From Macrostomum lignano (taxonomy: Eukaryota): a stretch of 64,000 nucleotides of DNA. The stretch is from NCBI GenBank assembly GCA_002269645.1, contig NIVC01003360.1, forward strand, positions 1-64,000, read 5' to 3'. The translations under genes were made by a program, and so were the position numbers. This document shows positions 1 through 7,231 of the stretch, one piece after another. Positions within the stretch are counted from its first letter, which is position 1, and each line of letters starts with the position of its first letter. The notes under the pieces were generated by a model. That model was given only the letters and a program-made list of their open reading frames with translations. It ran no database searches and was not told the origin of the DNA.

Positions 1-638
1 GGTAACAGCTCCGCTTTTAAAACAGCATCGATAATCAGTTAACGCATGATCAGGAATATTTTATTTGAATCGTAGACACTTTATGCGAACCATTAATAAC
101 AATCAGGATTCATTCCAGTGGCAAATACTGACATCAAAACGTCGGTGAGATATATTTTTGTTTGGTTTAAGATAACAATAGAAGGAGTAAAAGAGCAAAT
201 GGGGATTTATATTGGCTTCAATCGGTGACATAGCAGCACAAGCAGCTACCGCAACAGACAACGCAGTTGCTGCAATTAACGAGTTTAATGTTCAGAATAT
301 CCGCCTGCAGGTTGATGATCAATATATCCGGTTAAAGACCCCCTAAATTTAAATATAGGCAAATAATAATGTTAATGATTTTATAAAATATTATCAGATT
401 ATGCTAAAAATGAAGCGTATGCCGTCCCTCAGTACACACCCACAGAGTAAACATTCATCCAGTGGTTGTTTATGATCTAACGGCACAGAAAGAAAACGTA
501 GCCAATATTGGACTTAATTATATGTTAGAGATTAATAAAACCGGTAATCAGGCACTTGACGCCCACGTATTGTTTCTAGAGGAATATATGTCAATTGCTA
601 AAGCTGATGGCACGATTGTTCGGGACGCGCCGCTGTAA
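1..638 (+). pseudogene. Major capsid protein (double jelly-roll), 3' part, multiply frameshifted
   Basis: Manual frame-joining gives ...FQWQILTSK/(P)VRYIFVWFK...FNVQNIRLQVDDQY/(Y)PVKDPLNLNIG...HPVVVYDLTAQKEN...LFLEEY...APL* (TAA 636-638). This parallels the Polinton MCP C-terminal motif series (W.VKT..PRY.IV.FQ; N.KL.LN...YP...LNL; PL.VID.S.Q.E). At least six frame changes are needed. Confidence 0.7.
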
Positions 639-689
639 AATGAGTGCAGGTCTCCGACCGTCGCGCCTATTTAAATTATTTCTTTAAAA

Positions 690-1487
690 ATGGTAAAGGC
701 AAAACACGATAAGATATTTCAAATGATCCTTTTCTTTGTTTAGTAATTGGTGGTCGGGTAAAGGAAAAACACACTTTGTTTACGATTTATTAACAACAGA
801 TGGAATGCTAGACTATAATAATTTAATAATTTATACTAACAAACCTAGAATAAAATATTATGAATTTCTTAAACATGGATTAAAAAACAAATTAAAAAAA
901 GATGTCTTGTTTAGAATGTTAAGAGCATATGAGCAATATGAGGATGATGACGAACCGCGATTTAATCTAGCAGACATTGAGGATTTATGTAAAACAATGG
1001 CACAACAGCCAGAAAACATCACCGATCGCCCCGAAGGGTCGCGGACTTCGTCCGATCGAGCCCCAACTGTTAGAGTATCAACCCGATTAGCCTATGATCA
1101 AATTCCAAAACATGATAAAACACTAATTATTTTGATGATTGTATTAATGACGGTGATCAAGAATTACAAAAGGAAATTTTTGTTAGTGGTAGAGGAGATG
1201 GAATTGGAGCTTTTTATCTTACTCAATCCTTTAGAGAATTAGAATCGATTATAAAAAAGAATGCTAGCTGTTGTGTAATGTTTGATTTAGATAACTATGA
1301 TCTACAAAATATTCACGCTAGATTTAATCCCGGGTTGGATGCAAAACCATTTAAAAGTATGTGTAAAAAAATTTGGGATGATAGCCAATACAAACATATT
1401 TATATCAATCCGAGGTTAGAAAGGAAACATAGAATTTTAACAAATTTGATAAAAGAAGATAATGAGGAAGAAGAGGATCGTGCATAG
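690..1487 (+). pseudogene. A32/FtsK-like genome-packaging ATPase, three frameshifts
   Basis: ATG at 690 in AAAAATG context. Joined frames read LCLVIGGSGKGKTHF (Walker A), TLII(F)DDCIND (Walker B), FVSGRGDG.GAFYLTQSF (GRH/Q-like motif), then KNASCCVMFDLD. It merges ORF-track ORFs 736-1242 and 1278-1487. Confidence 0.85.
1025..1056. repeat. 30-nt double-hairpin element, in frame in the ATPase
   Basis: AT CGCCCC-GAA-GGGTCG CGGAC-TTC-GTCCG AT; encodes DRPEGSRTSS(D). Confidence 0.85.
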
Positions 1488-1566
1488 CACGCGTACCTTG
1501 GTACGATCGCCCCATAGGGTCGCGAACTTCGTTCGATCGTTCCTTCGGAACGCGGACTTCGTCGAT
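1476..1566. repeat. Tandem array of three double-hairpin elements at the ATPase stop
   Basis: gAT CGTGC-ATA-GCACG CGTACC-TT-GGTACG AT CGCCCC-ATA-GGGTCG CGAAC-TTC-GTTCG AT CGTTCC-TTC-GGAACG CGGAC-TTC-GTCG AT. Confidence 0.85.
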
Positions 1567-1583
1567 TAATTTCCACTATAAAA

Positions 1584-2369
1584 ATGACTACAAATTTAGA
1601 TACTATAAAACAATTGGTAGATCGAACTAATTCAAAATTTAGTACAACATTACAGTTTATAATGACAACCAGCGAGCAACGGATTCAATTGCGCGATCCA
1701 TTACAACTTGATCAAAGCCTAAGTTATCAAATAGGTTTAATACTATTTTCGGTTTTCAACATGCCTCAATTAATTAATGCAACAAATAATCAATTTAGAT
1801 ATTCTAAAGATTCCGGAGCCAATTGGACAACATTTAGCGTTAACCCAGGAGCGTATAGCTATACTGATTTGAATGCTTATATAGAAGGAGAATTAACATC
1901 TAACGGCGATTGGGTAGCAGGCGCGATTGTTATAGGTGTTGATTTACCGTCTGGCAGATTCACACTATCACTAGGATCCGGATATCAGGTTGATTTCACA
2001 ATTGCAAATTCACTCAGAACCATACTTGGATTTAATTCCCGAATAGTTACCACATCAAGCACCGGTGATACAGTTGGAAATATAGAGGGTGGAGTAAATA
2101 CAATTAATATAACAACCGACATTTCAAACGGTGGTTATATAACAGACGATAACGGAGTTTTGGTTCAACGTGGAATTATTTATTCAATCCCATTTCTTGC
2201 TGTTCCAATTGGAGAGAAAATGATTGTATCACCTCAAACCCCAATATATTACCCATTAAATCAATATAATGTTCAATCAATTTATATTAGGATTGTAGAT
2301 GAAAGCGATAGATTAATAAGTTTTGGTGGGCAGTCAATAACAGTGATTTTACGTATAAAACAGGTTTAG
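1584..2369 (+). CDS. Minor capsid protein (penton, single jelly-roll)
   Basis: 261-aa beta-rich ORF with LRTILGF, INITTDISNG.Y and PIYYPLNQYNVQSIYIRIVDESDRLISFGGQSITVILRIK. The last motif is the typical Polinton penton C-terminus (I.D...R.I.F.G..I...L). Confidence 0.8.
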   Translation: MTTNLDTIKQLVDRTNSKFSTTLQFIMTTSEQRIQLRDPLQLDQSLSYQIGLILFSVFNMPQLINATNNQFRYSKDSGANWTTFSVNPGAYSYTDLNAYIEGELTSNGDWVAGAIVIGVDLPSGRFTLSLGSGYQVDFTIANSLRTILGFNSRIVTTSSTGDTVGNIEGGVNTINITTDISNGGYITDDNGVLVQRGIIYSIPFLAVPIGEKMIVSPQTPIYYPLNQYNVQSIYIRIVDESDRLISFGGQSITVILRIKQV

Positions 2370-2370
2370 C

Positions 2371-2398
2371 CGAACCAAAGGTTCGAGGACTTTGTCCG
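2371..2398. repeat. Double-hairpin element immediately after the penton stop
   Basis: CGAACC-AAA-GGTTCG AGGAC-TTT-GTCCG, starting 2 nt after TAG. Confidence 0.8.
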
Positions 2399-2413
2399 TT
2401 TCCTATAGTAAAA

Positions 2414-2623
2414 ATGGGTAATCGAACAACATGTTCGCGTGCAAAGCACGATAATAATAATAATTTAATAAAAAAACAATCAGAAAAAGTTAAAAAAGCT
2501 GAAGATAATTACGAACTAGAACTAGCAAAATTAAGGCAGTTACAAGCTGATAAAATAAGAAAGGAATTGTTAAAACCCACACCTACGAAACTAACTAAAA
2601 CCAAGAGTTTTTCAGGAACATAA
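2414..2623 (+). CDS. Small basic coiled-coil viral protein, unknown function
   Basis: 69-aa Lys-rich ORF with the same CTATA...AAAATG start context as neighbouring viral genes; its stop abuts the protease start. Confidence 0.45.
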   Translation: MGNRTTCSRAKHDNNNNLIKKQSEKVKKAEDNYELELAKLRQLQADKIRKELLKPTPTKLTKTKSFSGT

Positions 2624-2624
2624 A

Positions 2625-3011
2625 ATGACCATGACGTGGGATGATTTTAAACAAAGATATGGAACGGACACAACAAGCAATATCGAATTAACAAATTGGG
2701 CGAGGCAGTTAAAAATAAAACCATTCAGATGTGTTATGCGAGATGAGATCAAAGACTTACCACAATATGGATCTTTCATTGTTAATATTGAAACAACAAA
2801 AGAAAACGGTGTTCATTGGTCAGCAGTTTATTCAAAACCAAAACTTGTTTATTTTTTTGATTCATACGCGCTTCCTCCGTTACAGGAAATAAAAGACAAA
2901 TTTAATCATACTAAAAATCGTTTATGTGGAGATCATCACGAACAGTTTCAAACCTTTGATAAAAGTTATTGCGGACAAGCAGCGTTATATTTTTATATCG
3001 ATTTCGAATGA
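2625..3011 (+). CDS. Adenain/Ulp1-like cysteine maturation protease
   Basis: Catalytic residues are in the expected order: NGVHW (His), YFFDSYA (Asp), FQ (oxyanion Gln), SYCGQ (Cys). Confidence 0.9.
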   Translation: MTMTWDDFKQRYGTDTTSNIELTNWARQLKIKPFRCVMRDEIKDLPQYGSFIVNIETTKENGVHWSAVYSKPKLVYFFDSYALPPLQEIKDKFNHTKNRLCGDHHEQFQTFDKSYCGQAALYFYIDFE

Positions 3012-3042
3012 AGCTCGTGTAAACCACAAAGTATTTAAGACT

Positions 3043-3074
3043 ATCATGCAAAGCATGCGAACCTAAGGTTCGAT
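3043..3074. repeat. Double-hairpin element (reverse orientation) between protease and fibre
   Basis: AT CATGC-AAA-GCATG CGAACC-TAA-GGTTCG AT. Confidence 0.8.
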
Positions 3075-3103
3075 TTTAGACTCTATAAAATAGACAGTAA
3101 AAA

Positions 3104-4978
3104 ATGATATTTTCTGGAACACCCTCATGGAACGGAACAACAAGTAGTGGTGGTGGTGGCACATCTGGTGGAATAAGTGTTACATTTGGAGATAATCGAT
3201 ATATTAATGAAGATGAAGGTTATAAAAAAAGTGAAGTTGATACTAAACTAAATTTGAAACGGAATGTTGCAGATTCCTATACCAAAACTGAAATCGATAC
3301 TTCATTAAATCTTAAAAGAGATATTAGCGATTCATATACAAAATCAGAGGTTGACACTGGGTTAAATTTAAAAAGAGATATAACTGATTCTTATTCTCGA
3401 ACTGATTCTGATTCGCGTTATGTTCAAGCCACCGCAACCGGAACTTTAGATATGGATAACAATCGAATTATAAATGTTGCAATTACAACGAATAACTCGG
3501 TAGTTGATAAGAACTATGTCGATAATCAGGTTGGTAGTCGTAACGGCAATATCAATATGAATAATTTTAAATTAACAAATTTATTATTTGGAACAGAGGC
3601 CACAGACTCGGTCAATTTAGGGCAGGTCAACGCTCGAGCTAATGTAACCGACGCCGATATTTTTGCCACGCCGCTTACATCAAATACTTCAAATCCAGAT
3701 GTTGTTCTTACAGCATCCGAAAATACCAACGATGCTTTTCGAGTTGGAGATGGAAGCCTTGCGACACAATGGTCACCAAATACCGGAACCACAACCAATA
3801 TGGAAATTCAATTTGAATTTTTAGGTTATAATCGAAGAATAAATGAATTAAGAATTACAGGCAGCGCAACTATTGATATTCCATCGGGATGGTCGGTTCG
3901 TGCAAAAAATGTTGCTACCGATGCATGGACGGTATTACGAACGTCGGGATCACCAATTCAAGCAACTTCATTTGCGTTAACTAATTTAACGGTTAATTTT
4001 TGGAAATATTATAGCGTTTTATTCCCAACTGGTGGCACCGCTACACAACCTATCGAGGTTCGTCTAATACAATTATTTGAACACCGAGTTGAAATTCAAG
4101 ATCTTAATTGGCCAAATGAAATACTATCTGCTACCCCGCGAGCGTACGTAGATCAGGTAGCAACTCCAACTTCAAATGGTAGAATGTCTGCCGGTGATAA
4201 AAATAAATTGGATAATATTCCCGCGATTGATGCCGCATTATTCGAGCCAGTAATTTGTAATTGGACTGGATATCAAAATCCAACAACCGCTGGAGATATA
4301 TATCCAGTTGGTTCTTTAATTGGCGACGCTTCTTATATCGATTATCAAAATGGAGCTAGAATTACTCGTGAAACTGGTGGAGTAAGTGGGGCATTACAAT
4401 TCAATTTCACACATTTTCAAAATATATCTGCGTCTTTCTATTTCCGAGTCGCTAATTCTACAGGAGATGGTGCAGATGCGGTTTGGTTTTATGCATATTG
4501 TCACGAACGCCCAACAAGTGAAGGTGGGACTGGATTAACAACCGACGCCGGATTGATAGTTTTTGCAAGTGAGTGGCATGATAAATTTGGCGTTGTATGG
4601 AGTAATAAAAAATCAGACGGATCAAGCCGCGCGGATGTTAATACTGACGCAGATCAAACGGTAGATTATGCAAATATTGATAACGGCGATTGGCATTTAT
4701 TTGAAATTAATATTTTAAATCAAAGGGTTTGGTACCGATTACAGTCATACAATGTTGCTGGTGATTCTTTTACCCTCATTGGACAGAACGTTTTCACATA
4801 TGATAGTGGAACTTGGGGAACTTTAGATAAATCTGGAACCCTTATGGGTTTTGGTGCTCGAACTGGAGGATCGGATGCTGCACATTTTATTCGTGGCGCA
4901 GCCGTTTGTGGTAGCACATCGTTTGGTTATGTTTTTCCTTCTACCGCTTATTTAGAAAAACCACCCGTACAAATCTAA
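3104..4978 (+). CDS. Fibre-like virion protein: tail-fibre repeats, discoidin/F5-8-like domain, C-terminal L-type (ConA-like) lectin-like domain
   Basis: Three 19-aa Y(T/K)K(S/T)E(V/I)DT.LNLKR(D/N)..DS repeats. Trimer-stalk motifs LDMDNNRIINV, DKNYVD and GRMSAGDKNKLDNI. DGSLATQWSP...WTVL discoidin-like segment. SASFYFRV...GADAVWFY...WHLFEI lectin-like segment. Confidence 0.65.
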   Translation: MIFSGTPSWNGTTSSGGGGTSGGISVTFGDNRYINEDEGYKKSEVDTKLNLKRNVADSYTKTEIDTSLNLKRDISDSYTKSEVDTGLNLKRDITDSYSRTDSDSRYVQATATGTLDMDNNRIINVAITTNNSVVDKNYVDNQVGSRNGNINMNNFKLTNLLFGTEATDSVNLGQVNARANVTDADIFATPLTSNTSNPDVVLTASENTNDAFRVGDGSLATQWSPNTGTTTNMEIQFEFLGYNRRINELRITGSATIDIPSGWSVRAKNVATDAWTVLRTSGSPIQATSFALTNLTVNFWKYYSVLFPTGGTATQPIEVRLIQLFEHRVEIQDLNWPNEILSATPRAYVDQVATPTSNGRMSAGDKNKLDNIPAIDAALFEPVICNWTGYQNPTTAGDIYPVGSLIGDASYIDYQNGARITRETGGVSGALQFNFTHFQNISASFYFRVANSTGDGADAVWFYAYCHERPTSEGGTGLTTDAGLIVFASEWHDKFGVVWSNKKSDGSSRADVNTDADQTVDYANIDNGDWHLFEINILNQRVWYRLQSYNVAGDSFTLIGQNVFTYDSGTWGTLDKSGTLMGFGARTGGSDAAHFIRGAAVCGSTSFGYVFPSTAYLEKPPVQI

Positions 4979-4993
4979 ATATTTATATATAAA

Positions 4994-5320
4994 ATGGCTT
5001 TTAGTAGAACTCCATCGATGCGGCAAAATAATGTTATTATTCCTATTCCTAAACAAGAATCAAATATAAAAACATTCAAATCTCATACCAAATTTTTATT
5101 TAGTACTGTAAATGTTCAGGATAACAAGAAGCTTCAAGAATTAATTAAGTTATTAAAAAATCATATTATACTTCAAGAGTTTTGGAAAATAGGATTTAAA
5201 TGGGAGAAAAAAGAAAGAATCACTCCAATACAATACCTATTGAGCTCGGGACAAATACCCAAAGAGCGCGGGGAATTCATTTTGGTGCTATTAAAAATAG
5301 ACGAAAATGTCGGTGTCTGA
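4994..5320 (+). CDS. Hypothetical viral protein
   Basis: 108-aa ORF with TATATAAAATG start context, inside the viral gene cluster. Confidence 0.5.
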   Translation: MAFSRTPSMRQNNVIIPIPKQESNIKTFKSHTKFLFSTVNVQDNKKLQELIKLLKNHIILQEFWKIGFKWEKKERITPIQYLLSSGQIPKERGEFILVLLKIDENVGV

Positions 5321-5903
5321 AGCAGATAAAAGGGAACGTGATCATTTTGACCGAACCGAAGGTTCGCGTGCTATGCACGACCAACGCAAGGGTCACATGT
5401 TGAGTAATGTTGATCGAATAAATTATGATTATGATTTATATACTAAAAAAGTAAGAAGAATTTCAAATCATATCAGAAATATGGATTTTTTCAATATTGG
5501 ATTTGGAAGCTTATCGATGTTATGTGTAATTGTTTTAGGTATTTTACAATCATTTCCAACTCTTAATTTATCTCAATTATTTTTAGGTATTTCAATTGGC
5601 TCAATATCAGGTTTTGAATTGATCAGGAACTTATCAATACTTTTAGCAATTAAATTATATCTTAAAAAAAGAAAGGAAAAATATAAATCTTTAAGAGATG
5701 TTGCAAAACAATATAAAAATCAATTATATTTATATGTGCAAAAAATATTGGATGACGGAGAGATAACTATTCATGAATTATCAACCGCGGTTGAGTTATA
5801 TGAAAAATATTTAAAAGATAGAAATAGAATTTTGGATGTTGAAACTTTTACCGATATGGAATTGAAGAATTGCGTTTGGACAAACCCAAAGCTCCTCCGA
5901 TAG
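5307..5903 (+). CDS. Two-TM plus helical protein typical of Polintons; probable frameshift near 5866, true stop possibly 5989
   Basis: Two hydrophobic segments followed by KEKYKSLRDVAKQYKNQL...KILDDGEITIHEL...EKY, resembling the K..KH..I..LA...AL.D..IS..EF pattern I recall from Polinton accessory proteins. An alternative frame continues ELRLDKPKAPP...VELQVV*. Confidence 0.55.
   Translation: MSVSEADKRERDHFDRTEGSRAMHDQRKGHMLSNVDRINYDYDLYTKKVRRISNHIRNMDFFNIGFGSLSMLCVIVLGILQSFPTLNLSQLFLGISIGSISGFELIRNLSILLAIKLYLKKRKEKYKSLRDVAKQYKNQLYLYVQKILDDGEITIHELSTAVELYEKYLKDRNRILDVETFTDMELKNCVWTNPKLLR
5352..5379. repeat. Double-hairpin element, in frame in the 2-TM ORF
   Basis: CGAACC-GAA-GGTTCG CGTGC-TAT-GCACG; encodes DRTEGSRAMH(D). 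Confidence 0.8.
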
Positions 5904-5956
5904 AAACTATTGAATACAAACCGGAAACTATTGCTACCGGGTTACAAAGTCCGCGG

Positions 5957-6469
5957 TCAGGAAGTACTGTAGAACTTCAGGTTGTTTAGTTTATTTAATG
6001 CATACGTTATATATTCTTCCCAAAGTGGTAACTCTCTTCTGATCCTAGGTTTGGATTTTTTATCAATACATAAAAATTCCAATGACTTTTTCAGTAACAT
6101 TTCGTTAGGTATGTTACCTATCCTTATAAACTTTGTATTCTCTCGAATAAGAAAATTGAAATAATATCCAACTAAAATTAAAATCCTTTCGGAGTCTTTC
6201 GAACTTAATCCCTTTCCTTTATTTAAATGGAAAAAGTTATTATATAAATAAACATTATTTCCCGGAATTAAAATTGGATCGGAAATGTCTCTTGTAAGAT
6301 TTCTTAAAATTGTGTTTTTAAAATAGTAATATGAATTTTCAATCTTTTTTATTTTTTCAAATTGATATATTTTAGAACATGAATAGCACATATGATATAT
6401 ATCTCCGTTTGCTGTTTGCCCTCTGTGCATAGTCACATTACATTTATTACAAACATAAATGTCTTTCAT
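5957..6469 (-). CDS. Hypothetical protein with N-terminal CxxC...CxxC zinc ribbon
   Basis: CNKC...CYSC at the N-terminus; AAAAAATG start context. Confidence 0.5.
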   Translation of the reverse strand: MKDIYVCNKCNVTMHRGQTANGDIYHMCYSCSKIYQFEKIKKIENSYYYFKNTILRNLTRDISDPILIPGNNVYLYNNFFHLNKGKGLSSKDSERILILVGYYFNFLIRENTKFIRIGNIPNEMLLKKSLEFLCIDKKSKPRIRRELPLWEEYITYALNKLNNLKFYSTS

Positions 6470-6495
6470 TTTTTTGTTATTTTTTTAGATTAAAA

Positions 6496-6879
6496 ATGGA
6501 AAGTTGGTTCAAAACCGATTCTAATGTGATTAATTATCTCACACCCAATATGTTGGAGAATAAAGAATATAATATTGTATGTTTGAGACAGGTTAAATTT
6601 ATTGGACTTCAATCGATATTTTTACAATTAGATGGGCAAAAAATTTTATGTCTAAGCGGAGATGATGTTAAAAATTTTCCTGTTTTAGTTATTAATAAAC
6701 CTAAAGCGTTTGTTATGAAATACAGCAACGAGGGTGGATTGCAATTTAAACTAAAACAACCAAAAAATAAAAAGAGTGACAGGACTGTAAAATTGGCTTC
6801 GGTTTGGGAGGATGACCCCCCGAATAAGTTTAAATTTTTTATAAGAAAAAATGGATACGATAAAAATCCTTATCACTAA
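6496..6879 (+). CDS. Hypothetical viral protein
   Basis: 127-aa ORF, TAAAAATG start, divergent from the zinc-ribbon ORF. Confidence 0.5.
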   Translation: MESWFKTDSNVINYLTPNMLENKEYNIVCLRQVKFIGLQSIFLQLDGQKILCLSGDDVKNFPVLVINKPKAFVMKYSNEGGLQFKLKQPKNKKSDRTVKLASVWEDDPPNKFKFFIRKNGYDKNPYH

Positions 6880-7231
6880 AGAGCGTGAACTTAATGATAT
6901 TAATAAAAAAATAAATATAATTATATCTCAGAAATATCATGAGTATGGGGACGATATGTTTCCCATCCGATATGAGATAGATAAAAGAAAACGTTTTTTA
7001 AGACAAGATATTGTTTATGCTGAAATAGTAATTGAAATTGAAATAGATAGATTGGTTAGAAAAATAAAAAAACTTAGGAAAAAAATAAAGGATTGTTTAA
7101 GTTACCCTGACGACTGCGAGGAAAATTGGCCTTCAATATTATATGAAATCGAAATGGATATTATGCTTAAACAATTACATGCTTTAGTTTTTTTCCGCCC
7201 CGAAGGGTCGCGGATTTTATCCGATAAGTAA
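6851..7231 (+). CDS. Hypothetical coiled-coil viral protein
   Basis: 126-aa charged ORF converging on PolB; its last codons (RPEGSRILSDK) are encoded by a double-hairpin element. Confidence 0.5.
   Translation: MDTIKILITKERELNDINKKINIIISQKYHEYGDDMFPIRYEIDKRKRFLRQDIVYAEIVIEIEIDRLVRKIKKLRKKIKDCLSYPDDCEENWPSILYEIEMDIMLKQLHALVFFRPEGSRILSDK
7196..7225. repeat. Double-hairpin element at the convergent ends of ORF 6851 and PolB
   Basis: CGCCCC-GAA-GGGTCG CGGAT-TTT-ATCCG AT; the PolB TAA stop (7217-7219) lies in arm B. Confidence 0.8.

Noticed and set aside
640-667. GGTC-TCC-GACC after the MCP stop as another double-hairpin copy
   Set aside because: Only a 4-bp stem and no clear second arm; too degenerate to count.
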